Shown here: piece by piece, positions 42,192 to 50,904 of the stretch
Layout of the letters: each line of letters begins with the position of its first letter
How positions within the stretch are numbered: the stretch's first letter is position 1
Assembly: GCA_965216315.1 (NCBI GenBank)
Contig: CBDCFN010000016.1
Location: forward strand, 1,856,001 to 1,920,000
DNA: 64,000 nucleotides
Source: a bacterium
GTDB taxonomy: Bacteria; UBA10199; 2-02-FULL-50-16; JAJFLM01
Direction of reading: 5' to 3'
Notes under the pieces: generated by a model
What the model saw: only the letters and a program-made list of their open reading frames with translations
Told to the model about the DNA's origin: nothing
The model's database searches: none
Made by a program: the position numbers and the translations under genes

Positions 42192-42908
42192 TTAGGCATA
42201 CTTTTCAAAATGAACTTGTTTGTCATCAAAGCCCATTCCAAGTGCGGTTTCTTGAACGGCATTGACCATGGGACTGAGCCCGCAAACGTAGATTTGCTTG
42301 CCCTCAGGTGAGCTAATATATTTCTTTAGTTTCTCTTGGACATACCCCTGTTCACCCGACCATTCTTTAGGCCGGCTGATCGTGGGAACATAGTGAAAGT
42401 TTGGATACTGAGCGGCCAAGGCCTTCCATTCATCATCGTAGAGGATCTCATCTTCGTAGCGAACGCCGAAGATAAGCCAAATTTCCCCATCATACTGAGG
42501 GTTCTCATGGTAGACATTGCGAATCATGCTCCGAAATGGCGCAATGCCCGTCCCCGTCGCTATAAAAATGAGGTCATTCTCAATCGGTTCTGGCAGCACA
42601 AATTTTCCATAAGGCCCAGCCAACCTAACTTGATCCCCTTCATTGAGTGACCAAAACCAGGTCGTGGCCAACCCACCCTCGACCAACTTGACACAGAGAT
42701 CGACATATTCCGTTTCGAAGGGCGAAGACGCAATCGAGTAGGCTTTCTTTTTTATCTTCTCGCCGTCGGGAACTTCTATCATTGAAAATTGCCCCGATTT
42801 AAAGGAGAATCCCTGCCCGGAAGTATAGCGCATGCGAAAGGTACGCACGGTGGGAGTCAGTTTCCATATCTTTTCGACCGTCGCACTTTGATGTTCAATT
42901 TTCGGCAT
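42192..42908 (-). CDS. FAD/NAD(P)-binding oxidoreductase (ferredoxin-NADP reductase superfamily)
   Basis: AYSIAS, GPYG, ATGTGIAPF, YVCG, HFEKY; ATG 42908 avoids overlap with queG. Confidence 0.88.
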   Translation of the reverse strand: MPKIEHQSATVEKIWKLTPTVRTFRMRYTSGQGFSFKSGQFSMIEVPDGEKIKKKAYSIASSPFETEYVDLCVKLVEGGLATTWFWSLNEGDQVRLAGPYGKFVLPEPIENDLIFIATGTGIAPFRSMIRNVYHENPQYDGEIWLIFGVRYEDEILYDDEWKALAAQYPNFHYVPTISRPKEWSGEQGYVQEKLKKYISSPEGKQIYVCGLSPMVNAVQETALGMGFDDKQVHFEKYA

Positions 42909-42929
42909 AGCGCGGCAAGCTAATATATT

Positions 42930-43874
42930 ATGCAACACAAATCCAGTACAGATCGCATTAAGCAAAAGGGACGTGAGCTCGGCTTTGATCTCATTGGCAT
43001 CAGTTCCGCGGAACCCCATGTGGACATTGGATTTTTTGATCGATGGCTCGAAAAAAAACACGATGGCACCATGGCGTATTTAAAGCGGCGGCGCGATGAC
43101 CGCGCCGATTTGAAGCGCCTCCTTCCTTCAGTTAAGAGTCTTATTTGCTGCGGTATTAATTATTACGGTGGCGAGACTCCCTCACTAGAGCTCCGCAAAA
43201 AGGGGCATGGATGGATATCACGTTATGCCTGGGGTGATGATTACCATGACGTCGTTCTGAAAAAATTACAGGAATTGGAAGTTTTTATAGTTAATGAAAT
43301 CGACCCAATAGCCGAACTCAAATCATACGTTGATACAGGCCCCATCCTTGAACGCAGCTACGCGGCTCAAGCCGGACTCGGCTGGATCGGAAAAAACACG
43401 CTGTTGATTAATCAGGAAATCGGCTCCTATTTTTTCATTGGCGAGATACTCTGCAGCCTCGAACTGGAAACGGATGCACCCACTCCCGACCACTGTGGTT
43501 CCTGTAGTCTCTGCATGGATAGCTGTCCAACGGATGCGCTGACGCCCTACGAATTGGATGCAACCCGGTGCATATCTTACCTAACCATTGAACATCGCGG
43601 TGATATCCCCAGCGAGTTAAACAACCCTATTGATCATCATATCGTAGGTTGCGATATCTGCCAGGAAGTCTGCCCTTGGAACCGGACCATTCCGCTAAGC
43701 CATGAAGTTGCCTTTAAACCGCGCGAACAGCTCTTGCATCCCAAACTCGAGTACTTGGAAAACCTGAGTGAAGAAGAGTTCCGCCAGGTATTCCGTAAAA
43801 GCGCCGTAAAACGAACCAAATGGCAGGGATTGCAACGTAACCTCAAGATCGTTCGCGGAAACCAGGTAAGTTGA
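42930..43874 (+). CDS. queG: tRNA epoxyqueuosine reductase
   Basis: SRYAWGDDYH, VDTGPILER, GLGWIGKN, CGSCSLCMDSCP, CISYLTIE, GCDICQEVCPWN. Confidence 0.93.
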   Translation: MQHKSSTDRIKQKGRELGFDLIGISSAEPHVDIGFFDRWLEKKHDGTMAYLKRRRDDRADLKRLLPSVKSLICCGINYYGGETPSLELRKKGHGWISRYAWGDDYHDVVLKKLQELEVFIVNEIDPIAELKSYVDTGPILERSYAAQAGLGWIGKNTLLINQEIGSYFFIGEILCSLELETDAPTPDHCGSCSLCMDSCPTDALTPYELDATRCISYLTIEHRGDIPSELNNPIDHHIVGCDICQEVCPWNRTIPLSHEVAFKPREQLLHPKLEYLENLSEEEFRQVFRKSAVKRTKWQGLQRNLKIVRGNQVS

Positions 43875-43906
43875 CACATCCCCCTTACCTCACCTATATA
43901 TGCGCC

Positions 43907-44266
43907 GTGCCCTACGTCAAATTTGAAAACGAAGGTAAAACCATCGCCTGCAACGCCGGTATCAATCTCCGCAAGCTCGCGAAGGCAAATAAGATCAGCG
44001 TTTATTCAGGCATCCATAAGCTGATCAATTGCCACGGCAACGGCATGTGCACCTCCTGTGAAGTGGAAATCGTTGACGGAAATCGGATTAACCAGCGGAC
44101 CCGCATGGAAGAGGTCCAGTTGGCGGGTCATCCCCTAGAGAGACGCCTCGCATGCCAAGTCACCATCCATGGCAACCTAACGGTTCGTACCCACCCACCG
44201 AAGTGGGAGGCACCTGTAGACGAAACCACTGAAACAGCAGATGAGGCCCCCGAAGACGCTGCTTAA
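43907..44266 (+). CDS. 2Fe-2S ferredoxin-like protein
   Basis: CHGNGMCTSC...RLACQ; GTG 43907 lies 6 nt after a TTGACA-N18-TATATA promoter. Confidence 0.85.
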   Translation: MPYVKFENEGKTIACNAGINLRKLAKANKISVYSGIHKLINCHGNGMCTSCEVEIVDGNRINQRTRMEEVQLAGHPLERRLACQVTIHGNLTVRTHPPKWEAPVDETTETADEAPEDAA

Positions 44267-44270
44267 AATG

Positions 44271-44322
44271 ATGTGGAGCTGAGGGGGATCGAACCCCTGA
44301 CCTCGTGATTGCGAACCACGCG
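44271..44322 (-). repeat. 52-bp exact duplicate of the tRNA-Ala 3' portion (att-like)
   Basis: Identical to 44522-44573. Confidence 0.92.
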
Positions 44323-44334
44323 TGCTTCATACTG

Positions 44335-44403
44335 GGGGCTTGCGTCGCCCCCTCCGCCGGCAAAGCCGTCGGAGCCTCCCCCTCTCGCTCACGTTGTTCG
44401 CTA
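44335..44403 (-). repeat. Family C repeat, second copy
   Basis: Inverted near-identical copy of 22931-23000. Confidence 0.85.
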
Positions 44404-44441
44404 AAGAGCGCGTAATAATTTGTTAAAAGTGATCCAACGAT

Positions 44442-44524
44442 GGGGGGATGTAAGGGGGGAGAGAGTTTTTCTCACCCCCTTACTATAGCGAAACGGAAGC
44501 TGCGCTTTCGTTTCGCGAATAATG
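44442..44524 (-). repeat. tRNA-3'-linked element (family B), second copy
   Basis: Minus strand CATTATTCGCGAAACGAAAGCGCAGCTTCCGTTTCGCT..TAAGGGGG..CCCCCTTACATCCCC. Confidence 0.7.
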
Positions 44525-44597
44525 TGGAGCTGAGGGGGATCGAACCCCTGACCTCGTGATTGCGAACCACGCGCTCTCCCAACTGAGCTACAGCCCC
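44525..44597 (-). tRNA. tRNA-Ala, anticodon CGC
   Basis: GGGGCTG-TAGCTCAGTTGGGAGAGCG-CGTGG-TTCGCAA-TCACG-AGGTC-AGGGG-TTCGATC-CCCCT-CAGCTCC-A; G3:U70 pair. Confidence 0.95.
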
Positions 44598-44613
44598 GAA
44601 CACCTTAGATATC

Positions 44614-45537
44614 CTAAACAGCTAATCTTAATTTATCAATTAAATGGCGCATGTCTTTAGGCAATTCGCTGACAAACTTCATCGCCTTGCCGGTGAGTGG
44701 ATGCTTAAACGCCAACATAGAAGCGTGCAAGGCTTGGCGCTTGATGTAGCGCTGGAATTTAGGAGTCTGCAATCCGTAGCGTTTATCGGCCCAGACCGGA
44801 TGACCGATATGGGCGAGGTGCACGCGGATCTGGTGAGTACGACCGGTGCGTGGAATGATATCCAGCAAGGTGGCCTCACCATAGCGCTCAAGCACACGAT
44901 ACTCGGTCACCGCGGGTTTACCCGTTCCTTTGGTGTTCACTCTCACCTTCCCCCCGCCCCGTTGGTCACTTTTTTCAATAAATGTTTTGATCACGCCATT
45001 TTCACGTTCCACCGCCCCGGCCACGACAGTCTGATAACGACGTTGTATTTGATGGCTTTTGAATTGGCGCGATAATTTATTAGCCGATTTTTGTTTTGAA
45101 TAAACCATGAGCCCCGAGGTCTCCGTATCCAGGCGATGAATCAATCCCAAGTAAGGCTGATACTCTTCGGGGTTATTTTCGCGGAGATAATTATTGATAA
45201 TCTGAACCAGCGATGGCTTGAGCGCCAGCGGCGACGCCTCACAGGAGATACCGGCATCTTTATCCACCACGATGATGGCCTCATCTTCATAGACCACCTT
45301 CAAAAAGAATTTTGAGACGTCGACATCAACCTCGGCATCGGCAGCGACCTTGACCTCATCGCCGGCCTTGAGCTCCCAAGAGGCGATGATGGCCTTCCGG
45401 CCGTTGACGCGCACCCGCCCGGCATCCAGCAGGCGCTTAACGGCTTTGCGGGAGCAGTCAGGCAATTGCTCCTTGAGAAAGAGGTCCAGCCGGCTCCCCG
45501 CGGCCTTTGGTGAGACTTTGATCAAATCCAAATCCAT
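44614..45537 (-). CDS. RluA/RluD-family pseudouridine synthase with S4 domain
   Basis: RLDLFL S4 domain, [23 protein letters not shown]. Confidence 0.93.
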   Translation of the reverse strand: MDLDLIKVSPKAAGSRLDLFLKEQLPDCSRKAVKRLLDAGRVRVNGRKAIIASWELKAGDEVKVAADAEVDVDVSKFFLKVVYEDEAIIVVDKDAGISCEASPLALKPSLVQIINNYLRENNPEEYQPYLGLIHRLDTETSGLMVYSKQKSANKLSRQFKSHQIQRRYQTVVAGAVERENGVIKTFIEKSDQRGGGKVRVNTKGTGKPAVTEYRVLERYGEATLLDIIPRTGRTHQIRVHLAHIGHPVWADKRYGLQTPKFQRYIKRQALHASMLAFKHPLTGKAMKFVSELPKDMRHLIDKLRLAV

Positions 45538-45594
45538 GCGCGCTTATTGCTAATTTCCCCTTCAAAATCAAGAAGATCCCGCGTTTTATTTTCC

Positions 45595-45620
45595 ACAACT
45601 TTAACTTTTCTGCTCCGATA
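45595..45620 (+). promoter_or_regulatory. Recurrent motif ACAACTT-N14-CGATA
   Basis: ACAACTT-TAACTTTTCTGCTC-CGATAA before ATG 45642. Confidence 0.55.
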
Positions 45621-45641
45621 ATAAACCCCGAGGGCATACTT

Positions 45642-46196
45642 ATGGGCGATGGAGCCAGAGGATATGTCGGTCTTGATGCCGGCGCAACATACGTCATACC
45701 CACGACACCGACCCCCAGTCAGCAGTGGGGGTTCAGCAGCACCGCACGTGTCGGTGGTGACTTCCGGCTCACGCAGGAGTCAACCCGACCTCTTCTCATC
45801 GTCGAAGGCACGGGGCTGCTCCACATCGGACCATCTACCCGAGTCGGCGCTGGCGCCCTTCAGCTTGGGCTTGGCCTTGAAACCAAAGGCTTCTTTCTTA
45901 GAGCGCTCGGAGGCCCCCTTTTCTATGGAGGCACTCCGCTCGGCTGGATTGGTGGCTTGGGCCGCGCCGAACTAGGCTTTCATGTAGGGCCCCATGTTGC
46001 GATCACGACAGGCCTGCTATTCGCTGGCCTGCCGGACAGCGCGTCTTCAAGCAGCTCTCGTGACAAGACGGAGTGCAGTCTTGAATATCCCTATCTCTGC
46101 GACACCAAGACGATCACAACCACCTCGCGTCATGATGCCTTCGCGATTGGCTTCAATCTCGGCATCCAAGTCTTCTTCGGGTCTCCGAATTTTTAG
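45642..46196 (+). CDS. Hypothetical small beta-barrel-like protein lacking a Sec signal
   Basis: Gly/aromatic alternating strands ending FAIGFNLGIQVFFGSPNF; SD GAGGG. Confidence 0.6.
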   Translation: MGDGARGYVGLDAGATYVIPTTPTPSQQWGFSSTARVGGDFRLTQESTRPLLIVEGTGLLHIGPSTRVGAGALQLGLGLETKGFFLRALGGPLFYGGTPLGWIGGLGRAELGFHVGPHVAITTGLLFAGLPDSASSSSSRDKTECSLEYPYLCDTKTITTTSRHDAFAIGFNLGIQVFFGSPNF

Positions 46197-46235
46197 TTTA
46201 CACGATAACCCCGCAATGATACTTAGAGGATCCTT

Positions 46236-46718
46236 ATGTCAAACTACTCGCTGAACAATTTGAGCTTCGAAATTCCCAATAACTGGCAAGATCAAGGAAT
46301 GTTGACCTTCACACTCCCTTCACCGGATAAAAACGTGAAGCCGAACGTTATCTTGACTAAAGAGCGGCTGATGCAGGAAATCAGCCTCAAAGACTACTTT
46401 GAACGGATTAAGCAGGCCGTCGCCAAGCGTGGCATCAAAGACTTCAAGGTCGAAGATGAACGCCAAATCGAGGTTAATGGGGTTCAAGCCATGCTGATGG
46501 TCTGTTCCTGGGATGTTTCGTCGATGAAGCAGATGCTCGGGGATGGCCAGAAAGAGCAGCTTGATAATCTCAAGCCCGGCCAGATCGTCAAACAGGTTCA
46601 GGTCAGCATGATCCACGACGGAACCGCGGTCAACATGACGGCGAGCTTCCCGGCAGAGCAATTCGATCTATATTTCAGGCCTTTCAAGCAGTTTATGGGT
46701 ACGATTAGCTTTAGCTAA
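46236..46718 (+). CDS. DcrB/PsbP-like (DUF1795-type) protein
   Basis: SFEIPNNWQDQ, PNVILTKE pattern; SD AGAGGA. Confidence 0.65.
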   Translation: MSNYSLNNLSFEIPNNWQDQGMLTFTLPSPDKNVKPNVILTKERLMQEISLKDYFERIKQAVAKRGIKDFKVEDERQIEVNGVQAMLMVCSWDVSSMKQMLGDGQKEQLDNLKPGQIVKQVQVSMIHDGTAVNMTASFPAEQFDLYFRPFKQFMGTISFS

Positions 46719-46762
46719 TGCATCCGAGTGTATTCATAATCTGAAGACACCCTAGAAAATTC

Positions 46763-46788
46763 GCAACTTTTGAATCGCCCCTCCGAAA
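46763..46788 (+). promoter_or_regulatory. Recurrent motif GCAACTT-N14-CGAAA (gdhA)
   Basis: GCAACTT-TTGAATCGCCCCTC-CGAAA. Confidence 0.58.
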
Positions 46789-46845
46789 TGCCCAGTAGGG
46801 TCATTTAGGTAACGCGCCGCTGTGCGCCTATTCGGGAGGGTCGAT

Positions 46846-48258
46846 ATGAGTTTCGCATTCACTGCGGGAACGTCTTCGCTAAGTCTCGCTTCTACTTCAG
46901 TTCTGGCATCTTCAACCTTTGCAACGGACTTTATGGCTGAGCTCACGGCTAATCATCCTCCTGAGCCGGAGTACTTTCAGGCCGTGCAAGAAGTGGCGCA
47001 CAGCGTTGCGCCCGTTATCGACCAAAATCCTCAATACCGACGCTGGAAGATACTCGAGCGCATCGCGCGTCCCAATCACTCGTCCGGATTTAAAATTACA
47101 TGGGCCGACGGCGACGGAAACGTTCATGTCAATAACGGCTGGCGCATTCAACAAAATAGCGCCCTCGGACCTTATAAAGGCGGTCTCCGTTTCCATTCCT
47201 CTGTCAATTTATCCGTACTGAAATTCTTGGCCTTCGAACAAGTCTTTAAGAACTCTCTGACCGGCTTGAGAATGGGTGGAGCCAAGGGCGGAGCCGACTT
47301 CGACCCCAAAGGCAAATCGGATATGGACGTAATGCGTTTTTGTCATGCCTTTATGATGAAATTAGCCCGACACATTGGACCCAATACCGACGTCCCCGCT
47401 GGAGACATTGGCGTCGGCAAACGCGAGATCGGCTATTTGTATCGGCAGTACATGAAACTACGCCGCGAATATACCGGCGTCATGACAGGCAAGGGAGTTA
47501 ACTGGGGCGGCTCCCTGCTCCGACCTGAAGCCACCGGTTATGGCTCGGTTTATTTCGCTGCAGAGATGTTAGATACACGAAGCGATGCGATTGATGGCAA
47601 ACGAGTTGCCGTTTCGGGCTCGGGTAATGTCGCTCAGTTTACCGCCGAAAAGGTGATTGAACTCGGCGGCCTTGTAGTCACCATGTCCGATTCCGGGGGA
47701 ACCATCGTCGACAATGATGGCATCGATCGTAAAAAACTCGATTGGATCATGGACTGGAAAAACAATCACCGTGGTCGCATTGCAGAGTATGCGGATGAGT
47801 TCAATGGGCCGGCTGTCTCGTACCATGCCGATAAGCGCCCCTGGACCTTAACAGAATTCGAACTCGCCTTCCCGAGTGCGACTCAGAACGAAATCAACGA
47901 AGCGGAAGCCAAGGCAATGATTGCTGGTGGTTGCTTCTTGGTTTCTGAAGGCGCCAATATGCCCTGTGAACCGGGTGCCATTGCCGCCTTGAAAGCCGCG
48001 AATGCCTTGTATGGACCCGGGAAAGCCGCCAATGCCGGTGGCGTCGCCGTCTCGGGACTTGAAATGGCCCAAAACTTTCAGGGAATTGCCTGGACACGCG
48101 AAGAGGTTGATCGCCGCTTAAGGGAAATCATGAAAAACATCCACAGGGCGGCTGTCGAAACGGCTGCACGCTACGGCTCTCCAGGCGACTATGAGGTGGG
48201 CGCCAACATTGCCGGTTTCATCAAAGTCGCTGACGCCATGATCGAGTTGGGTCTGTAG
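46846..48258 (+). CDS. gdhA: NADP-specific glutamate dehydrogenase with Ser/Thr-rich N-terminal extension
   Basis: GPYKGGLRFH, GGAKGGADFDP, DVPAGDIG, RPEATGYG, GSGNVA; SD GGGAGG before ATG 46846. Confidence 0.93.
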   Translation: MSFAFTAGTSSLSLASTSVLASSTFATDFMAELTANHPPEPEYFQAVQEVAHSVAPVIDQNPQYRRWKILERIARPNHSSGFKITWADGDGNVHVNNGWRIQQNSALGPYKGGLRFHSSVNLSVLKFLAFEQVFKNSLTGLRMGGAKGGADFDPKGKSDMDVMRFCHAFMMKLARHIGPNTDVPAGDIGVGKREIGYLYRQYMKLRREYTGVMTGKGVNWGGSLLRPEATGYGSVYFAAEMLDTRSDAIDGKRVAVSGSGNVAQFTAEKVIELGGLVVTMSDSGGTIVDNDGIDRKKLDWIMDWKNNHRGRIAEYADEFNGPAVSYHADKRPWTLTEFELAFPSATQNEINEAEAKAMIAGGCFLVSEGANMPCEPGAIAALKAANALYGPGKAANAGGVAVSGLEMAQNFQGIAWTREEVDRRLREIMKNIHRAAVETAARYGSPGDYEVGANIAGFIKVADAMIELGL

Positions 48259-48307
48259 ATTTTCATTGGAATTTGCACCTAATCGCCCATTGAGCTAGAA
48301 GGCTTCT

Positions 48308-48940
48308 ATGTTAGAAGCCAAAGCGATCAAAAGCGTCCTCAAAAAGTTGAAGGACAGCTACCCAGAAGCCACAACGGCTCTCGAGCATCACAACCCCTTT
48401 CAACTGCTGATCGCGACCATCCTATCCGCTCAATGTACGGATAAACGAGTGAATATCGTCACCCCCGCCCTCTTCCGTGACCTGCCAACACCGCAGGCGA
48501 TCGCCAAGGCCGGTGAGGCCAAGTTGACGCCCTACATCAAGACTTGCGGTCTCTATAAGTCCAAGGCACGCAATATCGTGAAATGTTGTCAGCAGTTACT
48601 CGATGATTTCGGCGGAAAAGTCCCGCAGACGATTAAAGAGTTACAGACCTTGGCCGGCGTCGGCAAGAAAACCGCCAATGTCGTCGCGAGTGTCGCCTTC
48701 GAAGTGCCTGCCATTGCCGTCGACACTCACGTCTTTCGCGTCTCCAATCGCATTGGTCTCGCACACGCCAAGGACGTTAAAAAAACGGAAGCACAATTAA
48801 ACGAAAATATTCCGAAAAAAGATTGGCGCCACGCCCACCATTGGTTGATCTATCATGGGCGCAGCATCTGTCATGCGCGGAATCCCAAATGCGAAGCGTG
48901 TCCGGTCAGTCGCTGGTGCCTCTATTACAATCGGACGTAG
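48308..48940 (+). CDS. nth: Endonuclease III
   Basis: LSAQCTD, HhH LAGVGKKTA, VDTHV, CHARNPKCEACPVSRWC. Confidence 0.95.
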   Translation: MLEAKAIKSVLKKLKDSYPEATTALEHHNPFQLLIATILSAQCTDKRVNIVTPALFRDLPTPQAIAKAGEAKLTPYIKTCGLYKSKARNIVKCCQQLLDDFGGKVPQTIKELQTLAGVGKKTANVVASVAFEVPAIAVDTHVFRVSNRIGLAHAKDVKKTEAQLNENIPKKDWRHAHHWLIYHGRSICHARNPKCEACPVSRWCLYYNRT

Positions 48941-49593
48941 CTGTATCCGATCCAATAAACCATCATATTGCCCAGACAATGCCATAAAGACGGTGCCAAA
49001 ATCGTTCCGGTTTTCTCGCGAAGCCAACCGAATAGAAGCGCTGGAAAAAAGATCGCAAAATGCCACCATTGTACGAGGATTACTGAATGAGCGGCGGCAA
49101 ATAACAAACAGGTCAGGATCCAACCCCAACCAAGCTGAACTCCGAAAACCTTCCAACGACTCGCACAGATACGATTCATGCGTTGCTGCAACCAACCTCG
49201 AAAGAAGATCTCTTCCGGAATAGCAACGAGCAGGAATTGATCCAACAAGACCATACCTAAATTGGGCACCATTCTCGGTCGAAATGTCAGCCCGAAGACC
49301 CATTGATGCCAATAGTGACTTCCGATAAGAAAGAGTGGCAAAATAATGAGCGCCGTAATCAAAAACCACTTAAGTGCCCTGATGATATCGGCCGCATTGC
49401 GATCGATATAGGTTATGCGTTGCTTGGTGAAGCTGCTATGAAGAACCGGAACATAGATGAGCAAAACGGCAACAGATAACGGCACAAAAGGCGCAAACCA
49501 CCCCACCCCACGCAGCTCGTAAATCCCTTTAATCAAGGCGATCACGAGGATCAGAATCCCATAGGTTTCCGCTTTATACCTTTTTGATGGCAC
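48925..49593 (-). CDS. CPBP/Abi (type II CAAX-like) intramembrane glutamic protease
   Basis: PEEIFFRG, FAAAH, FFPALLFGWLR, HCLGN; GTG 49593 overlaps the lgt end. Confidence 0.85.
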   Translation of the reverse strand: MPSKRYKAETYGILILVIALIKGIYELRGVGWFAPFVPLSVAVLLIYVPVLHSSFTKQRITYIDRNAADIIRALKWFLITALIILPLFLIGSHYWHQWVFGLTFRPRMVPNLGMVLLDQFLLVAIPEEIFFRGWLQQRMNRICASRWKVFGVQLGWGWILTCLLFAAAHSVILVQWWHFAIFFPALLFGWLREKTGTILAPSLWHCLGNMMVYWIGYSYVRL

Positions 49594-50365
49594 GTTTTTT
49601 AAAGTAAAAATAGAGGCCGATGAAGACGACGGTTCCGACGATGCCGACAATTTGACCTGTCGACAGGAGATTGCCAAACCAGAGCCCTCGATCGGCATCT
49701 CCCCGCCAAAACTCAATGATTCCCCGCGGAATAAAATAGAATAGGAACATCAAGGCGAGCGCTTGACCTGGAAAACGATTGCTCTTCTTAAAATAAAACC
49801 AATTAATTCCCGCAAACAAAATCATCGAATGAAGGGCCGAATAAATTTGCACCGGATGAAGAGCGATATTAGGATAGTAATAATACGCGGTGGCTGCTGG
49901 ATCGGAAAAAACGATCGCCCAAGGGACATCACTTGGCTTCCCATAGCAACACCCCGCCAGCAGACAAGCGACGCGAATTGAAAATTGGATTAAGGGTACT
50001 CCGAGAGCAAGTATATCCAGGTATTTGAGAACAGTTAGTTTTCTGAAGTAAATATAAGCAAAAGCGGAAAGCCCCCCACCAATATAGGCCCCATAACTTA
50101 CAAAACCCCCGCGCCAGAACTCTATAACACGCGCAGGATTTTCAAGATAATAATCAGGTGCCTCAACGACGATGTGAAATATCCGCGCCCCCAGCACGCC
50201 ACACACCATCCCGATCATACCGAGATCGAGAAAGGCTTCACGCTTAAGCCCCACCTTGTCTGCCACCCAATAACAGTAGAACGCGCACGCCAGCGTTCCC
50301 ACCATGATCATAAAGAAAAACGATGGTATCGGGGTATCTCCGATATTGAATAAAAAGGGTCTCAT
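49574..50365 (-). CDS. lgt: Prolipoprotein diacylglyceryl transferase, paralog 1
   Basis: GARIFH, WRGGFVSYGA, RVACLLAGCCYG, HPVQIY, EFWRGD. Confidence 0.85.
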   Translation of the reverse strand: MRPFLFNIGDTPIPSFFFMIMVGTLACAFYCYWVADKVGLKREAFLDLGMIGMVCGVLGARIFHIVVEAPDYYLENPARVIEFWRGGFVSYGAYIGGGLSAFAYIYFRKLTVLKYLDILALGVPLIQFSIRVACLLAGCCYGKPSDVPWAIVFSDPAATAYYYYPNIALHPVQIYSALHSMILFAGINWFYFKKSNRFPGQALALMFLFYFIPRGIIEFWRGDADRGLWFGNLLSTGQIVGIVGTVVFIGLYFYFKKRAIKKV

Positions 50366-50904
50366 TGGTTTTCCGTCTCCCGTTTCTCTTGCTGACCCCG
50401 CTTGGCAATAATCACTAACAGCCAAACCACGGACATCGAAATCGCCATATCCGCTACATTAAAAGAAGGCCATTCTAATTTAAAATGCCAGAAAAAGCGC
50501 CCGAATTCCCACTTAACCCATTCATCATACCAGTGAAAGCTTAAAAAATCGATCACGGCGCCGCGAAAAACGCGATCAAAAATATTCCCGGCGGCTCCAC
50601 CGAGTATGAGTGCCAGGGGAATCTGAATGGATTTATCTTTAAAGGGGACTGACCAATAGTAATACACAATCATAACGACTGCGAGGAGTGAAACCGCCGT
50701 AATAAGGGTAAAGCGCCAGGGATCCGGAAGCGTCCCAAATAAACCAAAAGCGGCCCCTTTATTAGTCACATGAACGATATCAAATATGTTTGGAATGATG
50801 GGAATATCGGTACCATAGGGAATATACAGACTGACGAGCAGCTTCGTGCCCTGATCAAGAGCAAAAACAATAAGTGTCCATAAGAGAAGTCGACGAAGTT
50901 TCAT
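50362..50904 (-). CDS. lspA: Lipoprotein signal peptidase
   Basis: LDQGTK, NKGAAFG, GAAGNIFDR, VIDF, FNVAD. Confidence 0.93.
   Translation of the reverse strand: MKLRRLLLWTLIVFALDQGTKLLVSLYIPYGTDIPIIPNIFDIVHVTNKGAAFGLFGTLPDPWRFTLITAVSLLAVVMIVYYYWSVPFKDKSIQIPLALILGGAAGNIFDRVFRGAVIDFLSFHWYDEWVKWEFGRFFWHFKLEWPSFNVADMAISMSVVWLLVIIAKRGQQEKRETENQ

Noticed and set aside
42909..43061. N-terminal extensions in the ORF track (oxidoreductase to 43061; also lgt to 50425, lspA to 50997, CPBP to 49716)
   Set aside because: They overlap neighbouring genes; internal starts match family lengths
44271..44597. Intact prophage or genomic island at tRNA-Ala
   Set aside because: Only 199 bp lie between the direct repeats and no integrase or phage gene is nearby
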